From the NCBI GenBank assembly GCA_963681965.1, contig OY820579.1:1472001-1536000 (forward strand): 64,000 bases of DNA. Direction: 5' to 3'. Positions 28,679 through 37,983 of the stretch are shown here, piece after piece (position 1 is the first letter of the stretch; every line of letters begins with the position of its first letter). The notes beneath the pieces were generated by a model. That model saw only the letters and a program-made list of their open reading frames with translations. It was not told the origin of the DNA and searched no databases. This stretch comes from a bacterium (GTDB taxonomy: Bacteria; Electryoneota; JAOADG01). The position numbers and the translations under genes are program-made.

Positions 28679-29317
28679 ATGAAAATCAGCGTTGACAATC
28701 AGCTTCGTCAAATCAATCTCGATCCCTCGATACAACTCCGAGTGGGCATCAAAGAATTGGTGGATAGCCTGACTGAATCGCGGAGACGGGTTGTTCGAAT
28801 TGTCGTCGATGACGTAGAGATCACCGGAAAATTCGATCACGAGAAGTACGATTTGTCGTTTTCGGATGTCGAGAAAATCGAATTGTTCACCGCCGATCCA
28901 TTTGTATTAGCACTCGATTCAATTCCGATGCTGCAAGACTTTATCATGAAAATGAAGCTTGAAATCGGGTCAGCGACTGAATGGTATCGCTTTGGAAGAG
29001 TTGATGAAGCCAGCAATTCAATGGCTCGAATCGCCGATGGATTGACATTGATCACTCACACGATTGAACGACTTCGCAGCTTGTTAGAGCTTGATTTTTC
29101 TTGTCTGATTTTCAATGAGAAACCGATTCTGGATCATTATTCGAAACTTGCCGAAATGATCGAAGAGTTGATCGGTGCTCAAAATGAAACGGATTGGATT
29201 CTCGTAGCCGATCTGCTCGAGTATGAATTACTGCCTGTAATTGAGGACTGGGATGGTATCCTCGGTCTGTTGTCGCAAAAAGGATCGGAACTGCTCAATG
29301 TCGCAGCAATTGCTTGA
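28679..29317 (+). CDS. Hypothetical helical protein of flagellar glycosylation loci
   Basis: Good RBS (GAGG); C-terminal DWILVADLLEYELLP. Confidence 0.65.
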   Translation: MKISVDNQLRQINLDPSIQLRVGIKELVDSLTESRRRVVRIVVDDVEITGKFDHEKYDLSFSDVEKIELFTADPFVLALDSIPMLQDFIMKMKLEIGSATEWYRFGRVDEASNSMARIADGLTLITHTIERLRSLLELDFSCLIFNEKPILDHYSKLAEMIEELIGAQNETDWILVADLLEYELLPVIEDWDGILGLLSQKGSELLNVAAIA

Positions 29318-29603
29318 ACAGCAGTATGAAGCTCTGACTGATCAACTGTTGTTAGCCGCTAGAGCAGCCGACTGGAATCTGTGTGCTCATCTTCTCGAGG
29401 AGCGCGAGCGATTGATTCCATTGAAATTGTTAAACAATCGCTTAAAGGTAATTCAATCGGATCAGGCGATTCTCACTCTTCTAGAGAACGAAAAAAACAC
29501 AATCGGTAAGCGAATATCGTGTCTAAACCGCGGATATTCATTAATTGATCGGTACTTGTCAGGATCGGTGATGAATGGACGGCGCTTCATGGTTGAAGGT
29601 TAG
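29298..29603 (+). CDS. Small helical protein, possibly FliT-like
   Basis: AARAADWNLCAHLLEERERL resembles FliT helices; ATG 29298 overlaps the previous gene. Confidence 0.5.
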   Translation: MSQQLLEQQYEALTDQLLLAARAADWNLCAHLLEERERLIPLKLLNNRLKVIQSDQAILTLLENEKNTIGKRISCLNRGYSLIDRYLSGSVMNGRRFMVEG

Positions 29604-29736
29604 TTGTAATCTTACTTGAAGAAACGGATAGGTAAGTTAGTGAATAAAGGTTATTCAAAGAGTGGAATTACTTTACAGAATTGAATCGATAATTTCAGAG
29701 AAACACTATAAGTATTTATAAATCAATATATTACTG

Positions 29737-29764
29737 TAAAGTTTGGTTCTCCTCCTGTCGAAGG
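29737..29764 (+). promoter_or_regulatory. Putative sigma-28 promoter of fliC
   Basis: TAAAGTTT...GTCGAAGG, i.e. TAAA-N16-GTCGA, versus consensus TAAA-N15/16-GCCGATAA. Confidence 0.6.
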
Positions 29765-29801
29765 GATTGGTGAAGAGGGGTCACCACCCGAGGAGGAGAA
29801 A

Positions 29802-30632
29802 ATGAGTACCCGTATTAATCATAATATTCTTTCCCTGACAGGTCAGAGGAATATTTATGCAACTCAGAAGTCATTAGACACTGCAATCAATCGCTTGTCG
29901 AGTGGCTTACGTATTAACAATGCCTGGGACGATCCAGCAGGTTTGGCAGTATCCGAGCGTTTCCGTGCTCAAATCTCTTCAATGGACGAAGCAGAGAAGA
30001 ACATGGAATATGGCACGAATCTGTTGTCGACGGCTGAAGGTTCGTTGTTGATCCGCATCCGCATGCGATCGTTGTCAGTTCAAGCCTCGAATGGCACATT
30101 GACTGGTAACGACCGAGCAGCACTTGACGTTGAGTTCCAACAGCTCAAGAGCGAAATCACTCGTATCGCCAATGTGACGAATTATAACGGTCTCTATTTG
30201 CTGAACGGAACGTATTCCGGTTCAGGTCAAAACGGCATCAAGCTGCATATCGGTACGAATAATGTCCAGAATCAGGACTATTATCACGTGTCGATGGGTA
30301 ACATGACTGCCTCGGCGCTCGGTCTGAGCGCGACGAACGTGTTGGACACCGTTGCCAGCCAGGCTGCGATCGACACTTTGGATACGGCAATCAATTCGAA
30401 GGATACAGAGCGAACTCGTCTCGGTTCCTACGTCAGCCGTCTCCAGAATTCGATCACGAATATCCAGATCGCCCATGAAAACGCTGTTGCGTCCGAATCG
30501 CAAATCCGCGATGCCGACATTGCCGAAGAAATGTCTAGCTTTGTTCGCGCGCAGATTTTAATGCAGACTGGCATCTCGATGCTGGCTCAGGCGAATCAGA
30601 CACCACAGCAAGTAGCGCAGTTGGTGGGATAA
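29802..30632 (+). CDS. fliC: Flagellin (short, without large D2/D3 domains)
   Basis: RINHN, RLSSGLRIN..DDPAGLA, SESQIRDADIAEEM, SMLAQANQ; strong RBS AGGAGG. Confidence 0.96.
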   Translation: MSTRINHNILSLTGQRNIYATQKSLDTAINRLSSGLRINNAWDDPAGLAVSERFRAQISSMDEAEKNMEYGTNLLSTAEGSLLIRIRMRSLSVQASNGTLTGNDRAALDVEFQQLKSEITRIANVTNYNGLYLLNGTYSGSGQNGIKLHIGTNNVQNQDYYHVSMGNMTASALGLSATNVLDTVASQAAIDTLDTAINSKDTERTRLGSYVSRLQNSITNIQIAHENAVASESQIRDADIAEEMSSFVRAQILMQTGISMLAQANQTPQQVAQLVG

Positions 30633-30696
30633 CACCCAATCGCATTTGACCGGAGGGGCGCGGTGCGGTAGGGTGGCGCGGATTACGCGAGGCTCT

Positions 30697-30734
30697 GCCG
30701 CACCTCCGGTCTGATTACCGGAGTTGCGGCTTTT
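30697..30734 (+). terminator. Intrinsic terminator after fliC
   Basis: GCCGCACCTCCGGT-ctgatt-ACCGGAGTTGCGGC followed by TTTT (13 of 14 bp paired). Confidence 0.7.
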
Positions 30735-30851
30735 GGAAACAGTCTTTCGGCAGTTCGGAAGTACGTGTAATGTTACACGTACGATTTTTCGCAACTGGTC
30801 CGAGTCTTGATACTAATCAAGGGAAAGATTGTATCGGGTTCCGGAGGTCGT

Positions 30852-32528
30852 ATGGCAATACAAAATATGTCCGGCATTTCGTCCGGGTACGATTGGCAAA
30901 AGCTGATCGATTTACAGATTCAACAAAAATCTATTCATCTTAACAATCTCCAACAGACTAAGTCGGATGATTCGTCCAAACTCACCCTTTGGAACTCAAT
31001 CGAAGGGGCAATGGGTTCGCTGAAATCGTCTGCCGATGCAATTGCCAAATCTTCCGGGTTCATAGCAAAATTTACCACCTCCAGCGACTCCGATAAAGTT
31101 GCACTGGATGCTTCCGACACAGCCGTAAACGGAAATCACTCGATCCTGATCAATCAATTGGCTAGAAATAACGTGCAAATGCATGCCGGATGGATCGATA
31201 GCGATACTACAGCGATTAACACTAGTGGATCCGATCAAGTATTCAGCTATTCTTACAAAGACATTACTCGTAATATCACGATTCCCAATGGCACGACACT
31301 CGAAGGGCTGGTGGGATTGATCAATTCGGATTCGGCATCGGTCGTATTGGATGAAGAAGAGACTGAAACCAATAAGAACCTTGGTATTTCGGCGTCGATT
31401 GTAAACGATGGAACCGGAGGAGCAACAGCCTATCACCTTGTCTTATCTGGAAATAATACCGGAGGCGAGTATTCGATTACGATCAACGATGGTGCAACGA
31501 CACTGGGGGGAGCGGGGTGGCAAACCTCGGGATTTACTGTAACGCAGACATCGCAAAATTCAAAGTTTCGATTAGATGGAATTCCTCCGGGATCATGGAT
31601 CGAATCGATCACGAACGATGTCTCGGATGCTGTACCCGGTTTAACTTTTCATTTGAAAGCAGTTACCACGGAAACTGATCCGGTTTATCTGACAGTGGCA
31701 CAAGATGACGGTACAATCAAAAATCGAATAAAAAACTTTGTTGAAGCCTATAATACCGTCGTCCAGCAACTTAGAAACTTGTCGTCGTATGATACCGAGA
31801 ATAAAAAAGCGGCTGCTTTATTCGGCGATGCAAATATCTCTTCGATCAAAGCGGAATTGAATTTTCTTGTTTCAAGCACATTTCCGGGAATTCCGGGGGG
31901 GTCGAATTATACAAGCTTGACGGCGATCGGAATTTCGCCCAATACTGACGGGGATTTGGAAATTGACAACAAGAAGTTATCGGATGCATTGACCAGAGAC
32001 CCGACAAATGTGGCGAATGCGTTCGTTTTCTCAACTTCTACCACCAATCCCAATCTAAAACACTTATATCACAACGATATGACTGTCGGGGGAAATTACG
32101 CAGTCGTAGCGTCTTACCTCGGAACCGGATTGCTCGATTCTTCGGGAACGAATACGATTGGTGGATATCCAGCGACGATCGAAAACGGAAAGACGCTTGT
32201 CGGAAAAAAGGGTACTCCAGTAGAGGGATTACGAATTTCCTTCAGCTATCCCGGAGGCGGAGCCGGTTCTTTGTCCGGTACGATTCGGATCGGCAAAGGC
32301 GCAGCGGCACTTTTCAGCGATACATTGAAACGCGAACTAGATTCCGATACCGGAACTACGACTTCGGCAAAAAAAACACTCAATAGTGAGATGGATTCGC
32401 TCGATACAAGAATAGCAGACGAGCAAAAGCGAATCGAAGAGTATCGCACCATGCTCCAACGCAAATACCAGGCGGCGGAGGAAATGATTTCGAAAATTAA
32501 GAATCAAATGAGTTCTGTAACTGGTTGA
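30852..32528 (+). CDS. fliD: Flagellar filament cap FliD
   Basis: SGISSGYDWQKLID, SITNDVSDAVPGLTFHL, IKNFVEAYN, C-terminal coiled coil; ATG 30852 follows GGAGG. Confidence 0.95.
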   Translation: MAIQNMSGISSGYDWQKLIDLQIQQKSIHLNNLQQTKSDDSSKLTLWNSIEGAMGSLKSSADAIAKSSGFIAKFTTSSDSDKVALDASDTAVNGNHSILINQLARNNVQMHAGWIDSDTTAINTSGSDQVFSYSYKDITRNITIPNGTTLEGLVGLINSDSASVVLDEEETETNKNLGISASIVNDGTGGATAYHLVLSGNNTGGEYSITINDGATTLGGAGWQTSGFTVTQTSQNSKFRLDGIPPGSWIESITNDVSDAVPGLTFHLKAVTTETDPVYLTVAQDDGTIKNRIKNFVEAYNTVVQQLRNLSSYDTENKKAAALFGDANISSIKAELNFLVSSTFPGIPGGSNYTSLTAIGISPNTDGDLEIDNKKLSDALTRDPTNVANAFVFSTSTTNPNLKHLYHNDMTVGGNYAVVASYLGTGLLDSSGTNTIGGYPATIENGKTLVGKKGTPVEGLRISFSYPGGGAGSLSGTIRIGKGAAALFSDTLKRELDSDTGTTTSAKKTLNSEMDSLDTRIADEQKRIEEYRTMLQRKYQAAEEMISKIKNQMSSVTG

Positions 32529-32541
32529 TATTGAGGTAAGA

Positions 32542-32955
32542 ATGGCACGGTTTAACCCTTACGAACAGTATTTGAACATCGATGCGGAAACTACCGATCA
32601 GGTCGGATTAATCATTTTATTGTATGACGCCGCGATTAGGTATCTCCGCGAGGCGAGGGGTAATTTTGACCGAAATGAACCGGCGACTGCTGGTGCATCC
32701 TTAGAAAAGGCACGAGCGACGATTTCCGAACTACGCGCCACCCTGAACCTAGAAAAAGGGGGAGAGATTGCAACTAGTTTGATGAAGTTGTACAATTTTG
32801 TCAATCACGAAATACTCTTGACAAATGCGATGCGCGAACCCCATCGTTTAGACAACGTCATAAAAGTCTTGGCGAATATTCGCGAAGGCTGGTTGAGTAT
32901 TGCCAAACCGAACTCACAACCACAACCGCGCGTCGCGACGAATTTCTCGGTCTGA
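32542..32955 (+). CDS. fliS: Flagellin chaperone FliS
   Basis: LIILLYDAAI, LNLEKGGEIATSLMKLYNF, IREGW. Confidence 0.96.
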   Translation: MARFNPYEQYLNIDAETTDQVGLIILLYDAAIRYLREARGNFDRNEPATAGASLEKARATISELRATLNLEKGGEIATSLMKLYNFVNHEILLTNAMREPHRLDNVIKVLANIREGWLSIAKPNSQPQPRVATNFSV

Positions 32956-32996
32956 TCCGGGCGATTCAAGGATAATAGAAGGAAGTAGGAGTAATC

Positions 32997-33494
32997 ATGG
33001 CTATCACCCCACTGCAAGGACCACTTGACCCAAGACGCTTGCGGGAGGCGGCAGGAACTGCGCAGACCGAAAAAGTCGCAGGAACCGAGAAATCAACTCG
33101 GGAAGTTGGCGACCGATTGGCGGCAAGCACGGATCGTACGTCGTTTGCGCAGGATGCAATCGAACTTCAGCACGAAGTTACCGTAGCCAAAGCTGCACTG
33201 GAAAATGTTCCCGATGTCCGTGCCGACCGAATGGCTGCGGTGCAGGAGCGACTTGCGAATGGTTTTTACGATCGACCCGAGGTGCTGGACGAGGTCGCGA
33301 ATCGAATGGCGGGCGATCCGGCAATATATCCAACCGATGACGATCTCGACGAGACAAAACCGCAGCAAGCTGCATCGCGAGGGGCAATCGAAAAACGTTT
33401 GGCAACCGGTTATTACGATCAAACGAAAGTGAAGAATGAAATTGCCGAGCGGTTGGCGCAAGACGTTTCCAATCGGGTTGACACGAAATCGTAA
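32997..33494 (+). CDS. flgM: Anti-sigma-28 factor FlgM-like protein with duplicated C-terminal motif
   Basis: DRTSFA...PDVRADRMAAVQERLANGFY, then a second AIEKRLATGYY motif. Confidence 0.75.
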   Translation: MAITPLQGPLDPRRLREAAGTAQTEKVAGTEKSTREVGDRLAASTDRTSFAQDAIELQHEVTVAKAALENVPDVRADRMAAVQERLANGFYDRPEVLDEVANRMAGDPAIYPTDDDLDETKPQQAASRGAIEKRLATGYYDQTKVKNEIAERLAQDVSNRVDTKS

Positions 33495-33511
33495 CATCTT
33501 CTTTTTGGAAG

Positions 33512-33545
33512 AAAAAAAAACGACGGAGTTTCCGTCGTTTTTTTT
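33512..33545 (+). terminator. Intrinsic terminator ending the flagellar cluster
   Basis: A-tract, CGACGGA-gtt-TCCGTCG, T-tract. Confidence 0.9.
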
Positions 33546-33711
33546 GTTTCAAATTTCTCGTCAAAGCGTTATTCACCTAATTAATCCCGTATCTCCGTGC
33601 TCAGAATAGATTACTAGTCTCGGTAAATTTCTTAGTTTTTGGAATTTTGAATTGTATGTAATAAAATATTTGTTTAGTTTATGTTCTTAGTAATCTTCCA
33701 TTTGGGTCGCT

Positions 33712-36012
33712 ATGAAACCGCTCTCCTTTCAATTGCACCGTTTCGCAATGATAATATTTCTTTGCGTTACACTGTCATCATCACTATCCGCTCACACTAT
33801 CCGAGTCAGCTCGCTCAATCCCGATCGGTCAGTCAATAGCACTCTTCATTATCAAGGTCTTCCAGTTCCGGCAGGAAATTTGATTCAAGTGATTAAACCG
33901 GATCCTGACGGTGTACTCAATCCTCCCGAGAATAATGGATATGTTTCGAGACACAACCGACTGGTGGGAAGTTACGCGATGGGCGATTCCGCCGCTGGTG
34001 ACGGAAACTTCGATTTTTCGCTATTCGGTCATAACACTTATACCAAATTCCTCTACTTAACTGACAATGACGGCAGTAATATCCGATTTGTTACCGGCGA
34101 TACGTTAGATGGTCCCGTCCATACTAACACCTATTTCACGATGGATGGGCGACCAGCGTTTTTAAGCGCGATCTCGAGTTCCGGAGTTTATTCCAGCTCA
34201 AGTCCATATAATCGATATTCGACTTCGACTGACCCCTACTTTGCAGTTACACCGGTGTGGGGTGGAGCAACAATCTACCTTCCCGCAACAGTCGATTCTT
34301 TTCGCACTGCGGCGCAAAATGGTGGAATAGTTTACACCAATCAGACATTATATGTGCAATTCAACGAAGACGGAACATATTCTACAAAAACCACTTCAAC
34401 TGGATCGTGGATCGTACACACCCGACCTTGGAATGGCATCATTTTCGTCGGTCCTGCAGACGGCACTTCCACTACATATACCGGGTATGTGCAGGGTGTT
34501 GTTCGTGGTAGCTATACCCTTGCCTGTCAAGGCAATATCAACATCACTGGCAATCTAGTATACTCCACCGATCCAAGCAATTCCAATTCAACCGATATTC
34601 TAGCGCTAGTTGCGCAATTGAATGTTGCGTTGACGAACAGTGTTGCGGATAGCGATCGAACGATCATGTCATTCATTATGACTATAAACGAATCTGCCGT
34701 CAACAATACCAGCAATTTTTATAATAGTCAGTACACTTCTGTCAAATCCGGCTACCTTCACTTATATGGTGGACTGGCGATGAGAAAACGGGGTGCGATG
34801 GGTCAGGGTACCGGCAGCACACGAACCGGTTACTTGAAAGACTATCATTACGACACCCGCTTATACCAACTTGTTCCGCCCGGATTTACCAATGACTCGC
34901 TTACTTCGCCATATCTATCCTCTGATCAACAATTCTACTTGCGCTGTTGGGCGGATGTGCCGCTATCGGGAGTATTTCAACCCAATTCTCACTATACCGA
35001 TATCGGACCGTTTACTTTTGGGATGGCGAATCTATATAGCATCGATCTGACGACACCCGTTTGGCATAATCTCAAAGGTATTAACTTAATCAATACTCAC
35101 AGTGGCGATACATTGATCATTGGCACGAGTACGAATATTTATTGGTCGGCAGATACCTTGATTCCGCGAGTTAATATCCTACTGAATCGCCACTACCCCG
35201 TGGGGACTTGGGATACGATCGCGACCCATATTTCTTCCACTACCAGCTATTGCACTTGGCAAGTGATCGGTGAATCGACCAATGAAGCACGAATTCGCAT
35301 CGAATCCGCCGACGATCCCAGTGTGTTCGATATGTCCAGAAACAATTTTTTAATCCAACCGATGCTTACATTGATGAATCTTCAAGGTGGCGATTCGATC
35401 TCGGTGGGAAACACAATCATCTTTTTTTGGGATGCACCGACTTACGTTAACCATTTCCATGTTTTGTTGAATCGCCACTATCCCGAAAGTACATGGGATA
35501 CCTTGGCAGCAAACTATTCCTATAACACCTCCGGACCTTTCACGTGGCAAGTTGTGGGTGAATTAACAAATTCTGCGCGCTTCCGCATCGAATGGGCGAA
35601 TAATCCCCTCGTCTACGATATGTCCTCTTCCAATATCGTCATTCGCTGCAGTACTCCCGCACCACCCGGCAACCTCACGATTTCACTGCATGACAATGAC
35701 GCGATCCTAAATTGGGATCGTGTGGATACCACTATTCTCGGCGATCCGGTGTATGTCTATGGCTATGGGATCTACTACCGATTCCAATCGGATGAAGGCT
35801 GGCGCTATCTTGATTTTGTCGATGCACCGACATTGACCTTTATCCTCGTAGGGGCTGTGCAACTAGACTCAGCGATGTATTATCGAGTGAAGGCGTATGT
35901 CACTCAAATGTCAAGTGACTCCTTCGAACGAATACGCCAAACGATCCCGGTGGATCCATTGAAACTCGAAAACACACATGGCAGACAGAGTGATCCGATC
36001 CGTCGGAAGTAG
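33712..36012 (+). CDS. Secreted multidomain protein: DUF4900-like core, two Ig-like repeats, FN3-like C-terminal domain
   Basis: Signal peptide; GDTLDGPVHTN, GYLKDYHYDTRL...PPGF; two ~95-aa repeats with LLNRHYP..TWDT. Confidence 0.65.
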   Translation: MKPLSFQLHRFAMIIFLCVTLSSSLSAHTIRVSSLNPDRSVNSTLHYQGLPVPAGNLIQVIKPDPDGVLNPPENNGYVSRHNRLVGSYAMGDSAAGDGNFDFSLFGHNTYTKFLYLTDNDGSNIRFVTGDTLDGPVHTNTYFTMDGRPAFLSAISSSGVYSSSSPYNRYSTSTDPYFAVTPVWGGATIYLPATVDSFRTAAQNGGIVYTNQTLYVQFNEDGTYSTKTTSTGSWIVHTRPWNGIIFVGPADGTSTTYTGYVQGVVRGSYTLACQGNINITGNLVYSTDPSNSNSTDILALVAQLNVALTNSVADSDRTIMSFIMTINESAVNNTSNFYNSQYTSVKSGYLHLYGGLAMRKRGAMGQGTGSTRTGYLKDYHYDTRLYQLVPPGFTNDSLTSPYLSSDQQFYLRCWADVPLSGVFQPNSHYTDIGPFTFGMANLYSIDLTTPVWHNLKGINLINTHSGDTLIIGTSTNIYWSADTLIPRVNILLNRHYPVGTWDTIATHISSTTSYCTWQVIGESTNEARIRIESADDPSVFDMSRNNFLIQPMLTLMNLQGGDSISVGNTIIFFWDAPTYVNHFHVLLNRHYPESTWDTLAANYSYNTSGPFTWQVVGELTNSARFRIEWANNPLVYDMSSSNIVIRCSTPAPPGNLTISLHDNDAILNWDRVDTTILGDPVYVYGYGIYYRFQSDEGWRYLDFVDAPTLTFILVGAVQLDSAMYYRVKAYVTQMSSDSFERIRQTIPVDPLKLENTHGRQSDPIRRK

Positions 36013-36015
36013 GTT

Positions 36016-36555
36016 TTACAGGATGTCTCGAAGTTTACGCCATTCGATCAATTTGTCTTGATAGGTCAACCCAACTCCACCGGTGCTTCCAGCTCGACCG
36101 CTGCTGGAGGGGAGTATCCAGATCCGCGTAGTCGTATCGCCCAATAGCCCAGCATCGCCGTACTGCTTTAAGAGTTTCTGCTGCGTTAATATCCGCCCGA
36201 TTCCTAATCCATTGGCTGCGAGCCACACTGGATGCAATTGGCGAACATGCTTTAATATCTTCTCGCGACCGGAAAGTAGTTCCGATGTTGTTAGTTCGTT
36301 ACCACTTACCGTTGGGCGATCCACTAAATCGATCAATCCCAACTGATATTGATTCAATCGCGATACTTCACTCGGAATGAGTAGGGTTTCAGTAAATCCA
36401 GCATCGAACAGCAACCGCCAAAATCGATTGATGGGATGTGCATAGGGGCATTGCGTTTCAAATGATCGGATGCCAGGATTGTAACCGACAAACCAGCATC
36501 GATCTGATAAAGAAATATGGGGCTTCCAAACCGAAAATTTATCACAGTGTATCAT
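36016..36555 (-). CDS. mug: Mismatch-specific (G:U/G:T) uracil-DNA glycosylase
   Basis: FVGYNPG, YAHPINRFWRLL, ILPSSSG. Confidence 0.85.
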   Translation of the reverse strand: MIHCDKFSVWKPHISLSDRCWFVGYNPGIRSFETQCPYAHPINRFWRLLFDAGFTETLLIPSEVSRLNQYQLGLIDLVDRPTVSGNELTTSELLSGREKILKHVRQLHPVWLAANGLGIGRILTQQKLLKQYGDAGLLGDTTTRIWILPSSSGRAGSTGGVGLTYQDKLIEWRKLRDIL

Positions 36556-36675
36556 TATTAACCACTACCTGACAAATTGGATAAAATATAATCACTCTGA
36601 AAAATACTCTCACGATCTTTAGACACTTGATGATTTGATGCGAAGTAAAAAAAATTCCAATTACCGACCAGACTG

Positions 36676-36704
36676 TTGACTTGGTTCATTACAATGGGTA
36701 CAAT
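36676..36704 (+). promoter_or_regulatory. Sigma-70-type promoter
   Basis: TTGACT-N17-TACAAT upstream of the CDS at 36746. Confidence 0.7.
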
Positions 36705-36745
36705 ATAGAGCAGTTATGATGAACTGTCGAAAAGGAGATGGTAAC

Positions 36746-37168
36746 GTGAAACGATTAGTTGTATTTGTTATTTTGATGCTGCTGGCTACAGCAGCTCTCG
36801 CCCAAACGACTATTTGTGGGTATGTTTATTTGAATGGTCCGGAAGTGCGCCCCTTGGCACGACCGCTACCGGGAGTCGTGGTCACTCTTTCATACCGAAT
36901 CTCGCCGTCAGGTATGACTCGGATGCTACAAACGATCACGCGTGAGGACGGATCGTATGCTTTCCCCAATTTAGGTCCGGGAAATTATATGTTAGCGACT
37001 GCTGCACGCGGCTTGGTTTCGCGACCAGTTGTCGTAACAGTCCGACGACCTGCACCAGCGCAACGAATGATTGTCAACCTGTATATGTATCGTTTGATTC
37101 GACCGATTGTACCTGAGCCGATCGACGCAACACAACCGATTATTACTTCTTCGACAAATACCCAATAA
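36746..37168 (+). CDS. Secreted carboxypeptidase-regulatory-like (prealbumin-fold) domain protein
   Basis: Signal peptide ending ALA-Q; PLPGVVVTL, TREDGSYAFPNLGPGNY; GTG follows AAGGAG. Confidence 0.7.
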   Translation: MKRLVVFVILMLLATAALAQTTICGYVYLNGPEVRPLARPLPGVVVTLSYRISPSGMTRMLQTITREDGSYAFPNLGPGNYMLATAARGLVSRPVVVTVRRPAPAQRMIVNLYMYRLIRPIVPEPIDATQPIITSSTNTQ

Positions 37169-37192
37169 GAGTTTTTCATTGAGTAAAACAAT

Positions 37193-37217
37193 AAGGGGCA
37201 GCAGTGCTGCCCCTTTT
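37193..37217. terminator. Bidirectional terminator between convergent genes
   Basis: AAGGGGCAGCA-g-TGCTGCCCCTTTT. Confidence 0.8.
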
Positions 37218-37235
37218 GTATTGATATCGAATTGA

Positions 37236-37781
37236 CTACTTGATATCGATCAGTTCAACTTCGAACACTAGCGTTGAGTTGGCGGGAATTAATCCACCAC
37301 CGACATCGCGATCGCCGTATCCGAGTGTTGGCGGGATAAACAACTTACGCACGCCACCCTTTTTCATCGACATGACGCCTTCGTCCCACCCTTTAATGAC
37401 TTGACCGACGCCGATCTGAAAGCTAAATGGTTCATTGCGGTCTTTGCTGCTGTCGAATTTCTTGCCGTCCTTCAACCAGCCGGTATAATGCACGACTACA
37501 TTCTTTTCCGCGACTGGAGATTCACCGGTTCCGACTTTGATGTCTTGCCATTCCAAGCCACTCTCAGCTTTATGCATTTTTAATTTCGGTACGGCTGCTG
37601 CTGGATTCATGTTCTTCTTTTCCGCTTTCTTGGTTTCGGTTTTGGCTGCTTTTTCCGCTTGGACATCGACCTTGGGGGTCTCTTCCGTTGCAGTAGTTTC
37701 TCCAGCCCCTTCGGGATCGCCTGCTAATGCGATGCCACCGGTAAATGCGACTGCTAAAGCTAGAATTGCGACTTTCTTCAT
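37236..37781 (-). CDS. Exported FKBP-type peptidyl-prolyl isomerase
   Basis: Signal peptide; [38 protein letters not shown]. Confidence 0.95.
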   Translation of the reverse strand: MKKVAILALAVAFTGGIALAGDPEGAGETTATEETPKVDVQAEKAAKTETKKAEKKNMNPAAAVPKLKMHKAESGLEWQDIKVGTGESPVAEKNVVVHYTGWLKDGKKFDSSKDRNEPFSFQIGVGQVIKGWDEGVMSMKKGGVRKLFIPPTLGYGDRDVGGGLIPANSTLVFEVELIDIK

Positions 37782-37983
37782 GCGATTTCCTTTCTGGTTG
37801 AATTTCGAACGGTAGAATATAATGAAAAAACGTTACCGGAAGACAAAAATGAGATTGATGTCTGATTTCGCTTGTTGCGAGACAGACTTGGTGTCTATCT
37901 TACAGAGTCGGTAGCGATCGGGAAGTGTGCCCCCCGATTGCTGAGGATGCCGTTCGACAAGCACTGTTTAGCGAGATATAACC

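Noticed and set aside
32543-32560. TGGCACG at the fliS start as a sigma-54 site
   Set aside because: No TTGC at the -12 position, and it lies inside the coding sequence.
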